Origin: an uncultured Poribacteria bacterium
Lineage (GTDB): Bacteria; Poribacteria; WGA-4E; WGA-3G
Assembly (NCBI GenBank): GCA_958296135.2
Contig: CATQHZ020000001.1
Location: 4,768,001-4,832,000, forward strand
Direction: 5' to 3'
DNA: 64,000 nt
Made by a program: the position numbers and the translations under genes. Shown in pieces: positions 48,047 to 57,653 of this stretch. Position 1 is the first letter of the stretch; every line of letters starts with the position of its first letter. The notes under the pieces are model-generated. The model did not search any database. It was not told the origin of the DNA and saw only the letters and a program-made list of their open reading frames with translations.

Positions 48047-49294
48047 CTACGCTGTGCCCCCAAACTTTTCGCCCTTCTTCAATTTCGCGAAACTGGCACC
48101 GGCATGGCTGAGCAGGTTCGTGTTGTACGAATAGACGAGGCTGTTTTTCGCCGCATGCACGGAAAACGCCACGTCAATGAGTTGTGAAACGAGCTGCGGA
48201 AATCCAACGCCATCGTGCTCCCACAGGTAAAAACTGAACGAGCCGGGGATAGTATTGATTTCATTGACGTAGACGTGTTCATCGGCATCCATCAGGAAAT
48301 CGATGCGTGCGACACCGGCGCAGTCTAACACCTGAAACGTCTGTCTGGCGAGCTCCTGAATATGTAACGTCAATTCTTCCGAAAGGGGTGCAGGAATTTT
48401 CCGTTCCGCGCCAGCCATCGCCGAGGGCGTGCTTCGCCCCTCTGTTGCCGATGCGTTCACCCGGGTCTCATGGATGTATTTATCGTCAAAGGTAAGGAAC
48501 GCCGCGTCCGTCATCGGCTGCTCACAGACAGAAGCGGTTACCTGCTGCGCGCCCATCACAGCGCAGTTGATTTCACACGGATTTTGCACCGCCTGTTCAA
48601 CAAGAATTCGGTGGCAGTAGTGCCCGGCGAGTTCCACGGCGGCGGCGAGTTCCTCGCTATTTTTGACGTGGCTCACGCCGATGCTGGAGCCGCTGACGGC
48701 AGGCTTCACGAAAACCGGGTAGCCCAGCATCGCCGCCACATTTTCTAAGAGCGCCGCGCTGTCGGTGTTCCACTGGTGCTGCGCCCACCAAAGATATGGG
48801 ACAATCGGGAGTTGATTCTCGCTGAGAATCGCCTTCATCATGATTTTATCCATGCCGACAGCCGAACCGACGACTCCCGAACCGACATACGGCAGGTTCA
48901 TGAGTTCCAGCACGCCTTGGAGCGTGCCATCTTCGCCGTGTGCTCCATGTATCGCCGGGAACACGACATCTACCGGGAGTGCTGTTTTCTGCGCCGCCCG
49001 AAACCAGCCGGCGCGTTTGGGATGGACGACAAACGTGCCACAGCCGGGGGGCGTATCTTCAAATTCAACGGTAACAAGGGCAAACTCGGCGGCGGTTGGC
49101 AAACTTCCATCCGTGAACGTATCCAATTCGCGAAGCCCATCGCCCGTTAACCACGCGCCATCCTTCGTGATGTAAATGGGGATAACGTTATGGTTCTCCG
49201 CCAAAGCGGCGCAGACCTGGTGTGCTGTGACGATGGAGACTTCGTGCTCCGGGGAGCGTCCACCAAAAATGAGGGCCACATTCTGTCGCTGCAT
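48047..49294 (-). CDS. ddl: D-alanine--D-alanine ligase
   Basis: GGRSPEHEVS, HGAHGEDG, VKP..SGSSIG, DKY, ARIDF, EINTIPG. Confidence 0.95.
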   Translation of the reverse strand: MQRQNVALIFGGRSPEHEVSIVTAHQVCAALAENHNVIPIYITKDGAWLTGDGLRELDTFTDGSLPTAAEFALVTVEFEDTPPGCGTFVVHPKRAGWFRAAQKTALPVDVVFPAIHGAHGEDGTLQGVLELMNLPYVGSGVVGSAVGMDKIMMKAILSENQLPIVPYLWWAQHQWNTDSAALLENVAAMLGYPVFVKPAVSGSSIGVSHVKNSEELAAAVELAGHYCHRILVEQAVQNPCEINCAVMGAQQVTASVCEQPMTDAAFLTFDDKYIHETRVNASATEGRSTPSAMAGAERKIPAPLSEELTLHIQELARQTFQVLDCAGVARIDFLMDADEHVYVNEINTIPGSFSFYLWEHDGVGFPQLVSQLIDVAFSVHAAKNSLVYSYNTNLLSHAGASFAKLKKGEKFGGTA

Positions 49295-49296
49295 CC

Positions 49297-50955
49297 CTAA
49301 CTCTCCTCGTTGTAGTTGTCCGGAAGATCATTCTCGAAAAGGACGACATCGCCGGGTTTCAAGAGTTTCGCCAGATAGGTTTTGACTTCAGCGAGGTTCA
49401 CAGCGATGCTCACGTGCTCGCTTGGGTAATTCGCGATTTTCAACCCATCCAGAATCGGCGTGGTTCTGTTAGGCCCGACGAGGATAACCCTGTCGCACAC
49501 TTGGGCGGCACGTTCCCCGAAGCGTCGGTTCTCTTCGTATTCCTGCTCGCCGAGTTCTACCATGCCGGGTGTCACCAGCACCTTCTTCCCACCGGTTGGG
49601 CCGCCCCCGAAATCGTCAAGCACTTCCAGGGCAGCCTTCGCGCCAACAGGGTTCGCGTTGAAACTGTCATCAATAATCGTGACACCGCCCGCGCCCGCGC
49701 TGAGCTGCAAGCGATGCGGCACGGGCACCACCTTCGCAACGGCATCGCGGATTTCGTCAAGTGCCATGCCGCACGCCAACGCGACGCTCGTCGCGGCGAG
49801 AATGTTGGAGACGTTATGCCTGCCAAGCAGTTGCGTCCGCATCTCGGCACGCAGCACGGAAGCCTGTCCCCCGCGACTGGCCCCTTGTACCGGTGTCTGA
49901 CTCTGCACGGTAAATGCCACTCCTGCATCCGTGTGCCGAATGTCTGAAGCAGTAAGTTCCACATTTTCTGCGTCTACGGCGTATCGGACAACGCGTTTCG
50001 CATCGGTTTTATCCGCGAGTTCGGCACAGATAGCGTTGTCACAGTTGAAAACAGCGAGCCCCTCCGGTGGCAGCGATTCAATCAGTTCATATTTCGTCTT
50101 GGCGATATTCTCAAGGCTCTTAAACCGCTCAAGATGCTGCGGGCCGACAGCGGTGAGGATACCGATTTCTGGCGATGCCAATTCGCACAACTCGCGGATA
50201 TCGCCGCGCCGATACGCCCCCATCTCAACGATAAACACCTCGTGCGTCGCTGTCAACTCACCACGGATAACTTTGGTGATACCCATCGGCGTGTTGTAAC
50301 TATCAGGTGTCATCAACGTGTTGAATTTTTGTGAGAGAATCTGGTGCAAAATATACTTGGTGCTGGTTTTGCCGTAACTCCCGGTAATGCCGATGACTTT
50401 AGGCCGGAACGTTTTTATCCGCTTTTTCGCCGACCGGAGATACGCGCCGTTGATGGTGCGTTCTAACGGATAGATGAGTAGGTTCGCCACGGTGAGATTT
50501 ATCACCGTCACCTCACCGAAAAGGAAGGCAGCAACGCGCCAGAGGTTTTCTGTCCCCGTAGACGCGCTTCGGAAACTTAGAACAACAGCGAGCCCGACGA
50601 GAAGAAAAACGGCAAGCCCAAACACCCGTTTGGCACGCGCGGTGTAGACAAGCGGCTTTTTCGCATCAACCTTCTTGCGCCAAATGAACTGAGAACCTTG
50701 GAACACACTCCACGCAACGCAAAGCACCGGAAAGAGCCACGCCGCCGGATAGACAGCCGTTAGCAGCACGAGGCCAGCAACGATAAGCATCTCCGGCACC
50801 TCAAAGCAGTCCCCGAGGTGCTGGCGTATCCACCGCACGTATCGCGTGGTTTTATACCCATCAAGTTGCAGGATATGGAGCCCGCTCGTCGTTCTCACGA
50901 TTGCCCGGGCGAGGCAGGCGGCTATTGTAACGTAAAAAAGCAGATTAGCAATCAT
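49297..50955 (-). CDS. murF: MurF ligase with N-terminal multi-TM extension
   Basis: ITGSYGKTSTK, SYNT..G, VEMGA, IDDSFNANP, PGMVELG, ENDLPD; about 170-aa hydrophobic N-terminus. Confidence 0.92.
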   Translation of the reverse strand: MIANLLFYVTIAACLARAIVRTTSGLHILQLDGYKTTRYVRWIRQHLGDCFEVPEMLIVAGLVLLTAVYPAAWLFPVLCVAWSVFQGSQFIWRKKVDAKKPLVYTARAKRVFGLAVFLLVGLAVVLSFRSASTGTENLWRVAAFLFGEVTVINLTVANLLIYPLERTINGAYLRSAKKRIKTFRPKVIGITGSYGKTSTKYILHQILSQKFNTLMTPDSYNTPMGITKVIRGELTATHEVFIVEMGAYRRGDIRELCELASPEIGILTAVGPQHLERFKSLENIAKTKYELIESLPPEGLAVFNCDNAICAELADKTDAKRVVRYAVDAENVELTASDIRHTDAGVAFTVQSQTPVQGASRGGQASVLRAEMRTQLLGRHNVSNILAATSVALACGMALDEIRDAVAKVVPVPHRLQLSAGAGGVTIIDDSFNANPVGAKAALEVLDDFGGGPTGGKKVLVTPGMVELGEQEYEENRRFGERAAQVCDRVILVGPNRTTPILDGLKIANYPSEHVSIAVNLAEVKTYLAKLLKPGDVVLFENDLPDNYNEES

Positions 50956-51746
50956 TGACTCCCACCGTAGGCACGGTTCTCAACCGCGCTTCCTTCCTGA
51001 ATGCCAAAGAAACTCGCGACAATTTGGCAAAACTGCGGGAACTTGTCAAGGTACGAGAAGTGCCCCGCCTCTTGGAGGACAACAAGCCCCGCGTCCGGTA
51101 TCTCCCGCTCCATAATCTTGCCGTAAGCCACAGGCGTATCTTTATCGTCTGCACCCCAGATGAGCAACGCCGGCGCGGCGATACGGGAGAGGAGTGGACG
51201 CAAGTCTTCGTTGACAACCTTCACCAGCGTCGCGCGCATCGCACCCGCGTTCTGATAATCCGTCGAACCGACGCATCGGGACATCGCATTGGCGAGCCGA
51301 GTGCCGGAAGTACCATAGCGGCGGAGCAGTTTCCCCAGCTTTGCAAGGCTGACGCGGAGGTAGTATTTCGCAGCGCGTCGCGGTTTAATGCCGGCACTAT
51401 CAACGAGGATGAGCTTCGCCACCTTTTCAGGATGCTCCGCGCCGAGGATGATAGAAATCCGCCCGCCAAACGAGTGCCCAATGAGATGCGCCTTCGCGAT
51501 ACCAAGTTTCTCAAAAAACGCCGTAACGAACCGCGCGTAATCGGGGGTGCTCCAAGCAGTAGGCGGTATCTCGCTCTGACCGAATCCCGGAAGATCGAGC
51601 GCGTAGACCTGGTGTGTCTGGGAAAGCCACTCAAAAACGGGTTTGAAACTGTCCGCCTCGCCGCCCCAGCCGTGCAGGAGGACGACAACGTCCCCTTCCC
51701 CCGCGACCTGGTATGCAACGTTGAGATTGTTAATTGTTATGAACAT
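50952..51746 (-). CDS. Alpha/beta hydrolase translationally coupled to murF
   Basis: LHGWGG, DLPGFG, GHSFGG, WG..D, AGH; ATGA overlap with murF. Confidence 0.92.
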   Translation of the reverse strand: MFITINNLNVAYQVAGEGDVVVLLHGWGGEADSFKPVFEWLSQTHQVYALDLPGFGQSEIPPTAWSTPDYARFVTAFFEKLGIAKAHLIGHSFGGRISIILGAEHPEKVAKLILVDSAGIKPRRAAKYYLRVSLAKLGKLLRRYGTSGTRLANAMSRCVGSTDYQNAGAMRATLVKVVNEDLRPLLSRIAAPALLIWGADDKDTPVAYGKIMEREIPDAGLVVLQEAGHFSYLDKFPQFCQIVASFFGIQEGSAVENRAYGGSQ

Positions 51747-51823
51747 TTTTTATTTGCGATAGGCGCGCTTTACAGAAGGCGCGCTTCCATGAAACTCAAA
51801 GAAATAATCGGATCAAAGCGCGT

Positions 51824-53296
51824 CTACGGGGCAGGGTTGAGGGTATCTAACGCCTGCGCGGCTACCTTCCTGTCATCAAACGGGAATCTTTCACCGTGAA
51901 TTTCCTGATAATCCTCGTGTCCCTTGCCAGCGATGACAACGACATCGCCCGGTTTCGCCACTGAAACCGCGTGCTGGATTGCCTCACGTCTCTGCTGAAT
52001 AGACACATAGTGGGTACCATGTGGTAAATTTGACACAATCTGCGCGATGATTTTGGCGGGCTCTTCCGTGCGCGGATTGTCAGAAGTGATGACGCTATAA
52101 TCCGCAAGCACCGCCGAAATGCGTCCCATTTGCGGCCGTTTGCCGGCATCCCTGTCACCGCCGCAGCCGAATACAGAGATGAGCGCGCGGTTCGTAATGC
52201 CTTTTGCCGCCCGCAAGACGTTTGCCAGTCCATCAGGCGTATGCGCGTAATCAACGATAACGGCGAAATCCTGTCCCCTATCCACGAGCTCAAACCGCCC
52301 CGGCACGACGGTGGCGGCCAGGCCTTCCTGAATGGCGGGGATGGCGCAGTCGTAACGGAGTCCCACACCTATCGCGGCGAGTGCATTGTAGAGGTTATAT
52401 TCGCCGAGCAGGCGCAACTTCGCCGGCATTGCACCCTGCTGCGTAACCGCCGTAAATGCCAACTGATTCAATGAACGTTCAACGTCCTTACCGCGCAAAT
52501 CCGCGCTTTTCCGGAGCGCATACGTCCACACTCGGCGTGCCCCGACAGCCTTTGTAATTTGTGCCGAAGCAGGCGCGTCGCCGTTGAGAATTGCAACGCC
52601 CGCCTCGGCGAGCTGCGCGAACAGCATTAACTTCGCCGCAAGATACGCCTTCATCGTGCCGTGGTAATCAAGATGGTCTTGCGTTAAATTCGTAAACACG
52701 GCGGTATCAAATGTCAGTCCCGCCAACCGATGCTGTGCAAGTCCTTGCGAGGAAGTCTCCATCACGACATATTCTATCCCCGAATCAGCGAATTGTTTGA
52801 AGAGCGCGTGGAGCTCAAACGCATCGGGGGTTGTGAGCGCAGCCGGGACAAACACGTCGCCGTAATGGTGCCCCACCGTGCCGAGCAATGCCGATTTTCG
52901 TCCACTCGCCGTGAGAATAGCATGGATGAGATGCGCCGTGGAAGTCTTGCCGTTCGTGCCAGTAATCCCGATGAGTTTCAACCGTCTCGCAGGGTTGCCG
53001 TGCCAATTCGCCGCGAGGAGGGAGAGCGCGCGCCGTCCGTTCGGCACCTGCACGTACGTAACGTTGGCCCCTATTTCAACCTCGGTGGGCGGCTTTTCGC
53101 CGATGACAGCCGCCGCGCCGTTTTCAATCGCTGCGGCGATAAACTGGTGTCCGTCCACTGCGATACCTTGATAACAGACGAAGACGTTCCCGGGCGCGCT
53201 CTTTCTATTGTCGCTAGCGATGCCCGTTATCTCACAAGTGAGAGAGCCTGTCTGCGCAGTCACCTCCAGCCCACGAAGCAGGTGTTTGAGTTGCAT
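51824..53296 (-). CDS. murE: MurE ligase (meso-DAP type)
   Basis: GTNGKTS, LTTPD, DHLDYH, DYAHTPD, FGCGGDRD, DNPR, GKGHE. Confidence 0.96.
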   Translation of the reverse strand: MQLKHLLRGLEVTAQTGSLTCEITGIASDNRKSAPGNVFVCYQGIAVDGHQFIAAAIENGAAAVIGEKPPTEVEIGANVTYVQVPNGRRALSLLAANWHGNPARRLKLIGITGTNGKTSTAHLIHAILTASGRKSALLGTVGHHYGDVFVPAALTTPDAFELHALFKQFADSGIEYVVMETSSQGLAQHRLAGLTFDTAVFTNLTQDHLDYHGTMKAYLAAKLMLFAQLAEAGVAILNGDAPASAQITKAVGARRVWTYALRKSADLRGKDVERSLNQLAFTAVTQQGAMPAKLRLLGEYNLYNALAAIGVGLRYDCAIPAIQEGLAATVVPGRFELVDRGQDFAVIVDYAHTPDGLANVLRAAKGITNRALISVFGCGGDRDAGKRPQMGRISAVLADYSVITSDNPRTEEPAKIIAQIVSNLPHGTHYVSIQQRREAIQHAVSVAKPGDVVVIAGKGHEDYQEIHGERFPFDDRKVAAQALDTLNPAP

Positions 53297-53348
53297 CGGT
53301 TTCTCCTTGCTGTCTTCAATCCGCCCATGTCCTTTGCGAAATTGGGTA

Positions 53349-55118
53349 TTATTCTGCCACAGTCGGCGCGGATGCCTCATGTGCCGGCGGTGTGCCAAAG
53401 AATTCTGTCTGTCTGAAGTATTGCATCGTCTGCGTGGCAACGGCTTTGAAAAGCGGCCCTGCTGTCTGGCCACTGAAGCGCGCGCCTGTCGGTTCATCAA
53501 GCATCACAATGATGGAGACCTCGGGGTTCTCAGCGGGGAGGAATCCCATGAAAGACATAATCTCCTTGCCGCTGGCGTAGCCTATGCCTTTTTCCGCTTT
53601 TTGGGCGGTGCCGGTTTTCCCAGCGACGCGATAGCCTTCGACTTGCGCGCGGCGCCCGCTGCCGCCTTCCACCACCCCGACGAGTATTTCTGTCATTAAT
53701 CGCGCGACTTCTGGTTTCAGCACACGGCGCACCGGAATCGGGTATACCTTCTTAACAACCTTTCCAGTGCTATCCCGAATTTCGCGCGTGATATAGGGGC
53801 GCATCAACTCGCCGCCCTTCGCGATGACATTCAACGCGCTCACCATCTGGAGCGGTGTGACGAGGATGCCTTGTCCAAAAGGCACAGAGCCGAGCGAATT
53901 GGTGTCCCAGTTCCTCACGGCGTAAAGGCTGCCGCTGTGTTCATACGGCAAATCAATACCGGTTACCTTGCCGAACCCATATTTTTCGATGTAGGCACCG
54001 AAGTTGTCGTGCCCGAGCGCCTTCACAATCTTAATCATCCCGATATTGCTGGACTTGTGGAGGACTTCCTCCAGCGTTAACCACCCCTTCGGGCTGACAT
54101 CCTTGATAACTCTGCCTCTGCCCACCCGAAACCGGCCGTGTTCACAAAAAACACGCGTTTCGCGCGTCATGATGCCTTCGTTTAGCGCGGCGGAAGAGGC
54201 AACGATTTTGAAGACGGAGCCGGGCTCATACGCAAACCACACGCCCATATTCCGCTTCGCCGCCTCGCTAGCGTCCCCATAGGCGTTCAGTTCGTATGAA
54301 GGATAACTGGCGAGTGCCAATATCTCCGCCGTTTGCGATGCCAAGACAATGACAGTGCCTCTCGGCGCGTTCCACTGTTGACACGCCGCCGCGAGCTCCT
54401 TCTCGGCGACGTATTGAACGTACTCGTCAATCGTGAGGACGACACTGTGTCCGTAATCCGCCGCGGTGTTCTTGAGCAAACGGCGCATGGGTTCATCCGC
54501 ATCGGCGTATGTCTCAAGCAAGGAGCGCGATTCACGCGATACCGCTCTCGTCAGATACTCGTTATACTGGTATTCAATCCCTTCACCCCTATTCTCGGTG
54601 TTGACATTCCCGATAACCTGCGCCGCAAGCGAACCTTTCGGATAAGTGCGTCCCTGCTCCACGGTGTACTTTAAACCGCGAATCTTCTTCTGAAGAGCCC
54701 GAATTTCATCAAGTGCCTCGTAATCGACATCCCTTTTAAGTGAGACGAACCGTTTGTCCTTCCGGCTGAGCTGCGCGAGCAACTCAGCCTCTGTGCCACC
54801 TAAGATGGGCGCGAGCTCACGCGCTACTTCCCTCGGGGCAGCGCGCATATACTTCGGATCGGCGGAGACATGGAGGCGGTGGCGGCTCAAGCCTAAGATG
54901 GTGCCGTGCCTGTCCAGAATCTTACCGCGTTTGACTTTCGCCGCGCGCCGGGAAAGCCGCTCGTAATCTCCAGCATCCCGCCCCGCCGTGCCATCAACAA
55001 CCTGAACCCGATACAACTTGACGACTAACAACAGAAAGCCTGCCTGTAGCACAAGAAGAATCAAAACCAGGCGGCGAATGGATAAATGGGGGTGATGTGT
55101 CGTGGTTTTCCGTATCAT
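53349..55118 (-). CDS. ftsI: Class B penicillin-binding protein (FtsI/PBP3)
   Basis: RGKILDR, EPGSVFK (SxxK), SSN, GKTGTAQK. Confidence 0.94.
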   Translation of the reverse strand: MIRKTTTHHPHLSIRRLVLILLVLQAGFLLLVVKLYRVQVVDGTAGRDAGDYERLSRRAAKVKRGKILDRHGTILGLSRHRLHVSADPKYMRAAPREVARELAPILGGTEAELLAQLSRKDKRFVSLKRDVDYEALDEIRALQKKIRGLKYTVEQGRTYPKGSLAAQVIGNVNTENRGEGIEYQYNEYLTRAVSRESRSLLETYADADEPMRRLLKNTAADYGHSVVLTIDEYVQYVAEKELAAACQQWNAPRGTVIVLASQTAEILALASYPSYELNAYGDASEAAKRNMGVWFAYEPGSVFKIVASSAALNEGIMTRETRVFCEHGRFRVGRGRVIKDVSPKGWLTLEEVLHKSSNIGMIKIVKALGHDNFGAYIEKYGFGKVTGIDLPYEHSGSLYAVRNWDTNSLGSVPFGQGILVTPLQMVSALNVIAKGGELMRPYITREIRDSTGKVVKKVYPIPVRRVLKPEVARLMTEILVGVVEGGSGRRAQVEGYRVAGKTGTAQKAEKGIGYASGKEIMSFMGFLPAENPEVSIIVMLDEPTGARFSGQTAGPLFKAVATQTMQYFRQTEFFGTPPAHEASAPTVAE

Positions 55119-55459
55119 CGGTGTATTCCGTGTGAAAGCGGCGCGTTGAGAACTCGCGCTGCCTCGGTAGGGGCTACCATGCCGAGTTCATCGGCGATGC
55201 GCCGGATGCGTTCAACCGCCGTTAACGTGGCCTCCTCCAATTCCAATCGATGGATTTCATCTTGGATGAGGTGCATCTGCCTCTCATAAACAGGTCTTCG
55301 TTGCAATGCCACCTTCTTCGCGTACGACGAGAACCAGACGCTCCCGGCAAAGATGCAGAAGCAGAGCCCTAGCACCAAATAGACAAACGGAAACGCCCGT
55401 TTCGGTTTCGGCGCCGCGGCTCTCGGTGTGCGTGTTGAATAACGATGTGAATTCTGCAT
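55115..55459 (-). CDS. ftsL: FtsL-like cell division protein
   Basis: Single TM plus coiled coil, ERI..IA..LGM..P; lies between rsmH and ftsI. Confidence 0.8.
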   Translation of the reverse strand: MQNSHRYSTRTPRAAAPKPKRAFPFVYLVLGLCFCIFAGSVWFSSYAKKVALQRRPVYERQMHLIQDEIHRLELEEATLTAVERIRRIADELGMVAPTEAARVLNAPLSHGIHR

Positions 55460-55552
55460 AGGACGCGCCTCGTTCTCGCATGCGGATGTTCGTATCCGTA
55501 CGCCTTCCTTTTTTAATCTATACGTTGAATATGGCGTTTAAGATACACGTTT

Positions 55553-56497
55553 TTACGTTTCTGGCGCGATTTTGCGTGCAGCGCGTAACTTCGCACTCCG
55601 CGCACGAGGGTTGCGATGCACCTCCGCCGCCGATGGCAACACAGGCTTCCTTGTCAACAGCCGCAAAGAGGGACGATGCCTACAGATGCAGACAGGCGTT
55701 TTCGGCGGACAGATACAGGCTCGCGCGCTCATCTGAAATCGCCGCTTCACTATTCTATCCTCAAGCGAATGGAACGCTATAACACAGAGACAGCCGCCCG
55801 GTTTCAGCAGCGATAGGGCCGCAGCTAACCCGAGGGCAAGGTTCTCCAATTCGGCATTGACATAAATCCGCAGGGCCTGAAACACGCGCGTCGCCGGATG
55901 GATGCGGGATGCTCTGTGTGATGGGACTGCAGCCGCGACAATCTCGGCGAGATGTGCCGTTGTTGTAATCTTGCCTGTCTGCCTCGCCTGAACAATGCGA
56001 CGCGCGACGCGCCTCGCGAACCGTTCTTCGCCATACCGCTTGAAAATATCCGCCAGTGTCTCAGCAGCACTCTCATTGACGACGTGCATCGCCGAAAGCG
56101 ACTGGCGCGCGTCCATCCGCATATCCAGCGGACCGGGGTGGTTAAAACTAAACCCTCTCTCCGGGGTATCCAACTGTAATGAGGACACGCCTAAATCCAG
56201 CAGTATCCCATCTATAGCATCAACAGCGTGACTTGCCAGCAACGTATCCATCTGTGCAAAGTTGCCGTGGATTAAGCGGTGCCGGGCTGGGAAGGCGTTC
56301 AGCCGCGTTTGGGCAATTGCCAATGCCGCCGCGTCCGCATCAATGCCGATGACGCGGCCGCTCGGCGCGGCGTTCTCTAATATTGCGAGGCTATGTCCCC
56401 CTAACCCCACCGTGGCATCTACGTAAACGCCATCGGGTTTCGGTTTAAGGAAGTCAAGCACCTCGTCGCGTAAAACCGGGATGTGCTGCGTATCCAT
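55553..56497 (-). CDS. rsmH: 16S rRNA m4C1402 methyltransferase
   Basis: HIPVL, DATVGLGGHS, DLGVSS.QLD..ERGFSF, FHSLEDR, NPRARSAKLR. Confidence 0.97.
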   Translation of the reverse strand: MDTQHIPVLRDEVLDFLKPKPDGVYVDATVGLGGHSLAILENAAPSGRVIGIDADAAALAIAQTRLNAFPARHRLIHGNFAQMDTLLASHAVDAIDGILLDLGVSSLQLDTPERGFSFNHPGPLDMRMDARQSLSAMHVVNESAAETLADIFKRYGEERFARRVARRIVQARQTGKITTTAHLAEIVAAAVPSHRASRIHPATRVFQALRIYVNAELENLALGLAAALSLLKPGGCLCVIAFHSLEDRIVKRRFQMSARACICPPKTPVCICRHRPSLRLLTRKPVLPSAAEVHRNPRARSAKLRAARKIAPET

Positions 56498-56508
56498 ATA
56501 AATGTATT

Positions 56509-56524
56509 AGCAAGAATCGTGCCA
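56509..56524 (-). promoter_or_regulatory. Sigma-54 (-24/-12) promoter heading the dcw cluster
   Basis: TGGCACGATTCTTGCT on the minus strand; predicted +1 falls at about the rsmH ATG. Confidence 0.7.
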
Positions 56525-56526
56525 AC

Positions 56527-57495
56527 TTATTCACTATCTATCCGATTTTGGTAAATGGCTTGGACGAGCGCCATCGTTTTCACCGCATCCGCGAAACAGG
56601 TGAGCGGCTGCCGGCCTTGCTGAATACAATCGACAAAATGGCGACTCTCACCGTAGAATCCGTATGCCTTGTGGAGGGAATCGGAACCAGCGGCTGCCTC
56701 TGGCTCGATTTCAGTTATACCTTCGGGGGTATGTAGCGTCGCGCGGCCGCCAGCATCGGGATTGATATAGGCGGAAATTCCCCGCGCGTGCATTTCAAAT
56801 GTGTGAATGCGGCCGCCGACTGCCCAATTGGTGCAGAGATACCCGGACGCGCCGCTCGTAAACTTGACAATCGCGTTGAAACTGTTCTCGCGCGCCGAAT
56901 CGAAGCGGTTAATGTCGCTCGCGACCGCTTTTACCTCGCCGCCGCCGAGCCAACGAAGCGTGTCTACCGCGTGAATCGCATCGCACGTCAGCACATCAAT
57001 GATGCCATCGTAATAAAGCGCGCTCGGGCTATTTTTATGGAAGGTGGCCATGCACTGGATAATCGGGCCGCTCTCTTCAACGCGCGCCTTCACCTTTTGC
57101 AAGAGTGGGATAAAGCGGCGGTTGAAACCTACCATCGTTTTGCAGCCATGCTCCTCGGCCGCGCGTGCCATCTCTTTCGTTTGATGGAGCGTTACACCCG
57201 GCGGTTTCTCAATAAAGACATGGTGCCCCCGCGAGAGACTCTGAATAACAAGTGGAAACAGGTGTTGCGGGGGCATTAAAATATAGACAGCATCGGGGCT
57301 CGTCTTCTCCAGCATCTCCCGATAGTCCGTGAAGGTGTGCTCTATCTCAAACCGCTCCGCCGTAGCGTGAAGTTTTGACGGCACCAACTCGCACAGGCCG
57401 ACAAGGTTTACATCGTCACATGCTGCAAGCGAGGGGTAATGGACGCTATTCGCCATGCCTCCCGCGCCGATTAAAGCGATAGTGACAGTTTGCAT
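56527..57495 (-). CDS. Gfo/Idh/MocA-family oxidoreductase
   Basis: IGAGGMA, HVFIEKP, GFNRRF, D.IH.VD. Confidence 0.92.
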   Translation of the reverse strand: MQTVTIALIGAGGMANSVHYPSLAACDDVNLVGLCELVPSKLHATAERFEIEHTFTDYREMLEKTSPDAVYILMPPQHLFPLVIQSLSRGHHVFIEKPPGVTLHQTKEMARAAEEHGCKTMVGFNRRFIPLLQKVKARVEESGPIIQCMATFHKNSPSALYYDGIIDVLTCDAIHAVDTLRWLGGGEVKAVASDINRFDSARENSFNAIVKFTSGASGYLCTNWAVGGRIHTFEMHARGISAYINPDAGGRATLHTPEGITEIEPEAAAGSDSLHKAYGFYGESRHFVDCIQQGRQPLTCFADAVKTMALVQAIYQNRIDSE

Positions 57496-57522
57496 GCGTT
57501 TCTCTCCAAGCAATCAGTTTTC

Positions 57523-57551
57523 TTGCATTTTATACGACAATCTGTTACAAT
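57523..57551 (+). promoter_or_regulatory. Sigma-70 promoter
   Basis: TTGCAT-17-TACAAT with extended TG. Confidence 0.6.
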
Positions 57552-57653
57552 GCAACTACAGTTTAACCTGTTCGCCCGCGCCTTTATAGGGCGGGGACGC
57601 ATGAAATGAAAAACTAAATCGTTCTCGGCAGCATACCACTAACGAGGCTATAA

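Noticed and set aside
48047-49294. D-Ala-D-Lac (vancomycin-resistance type) ligase
   Set aside because: The omega loop keeps KY (DDKY), as in D-Ala-D-Ala ligases, and there are no van genes.
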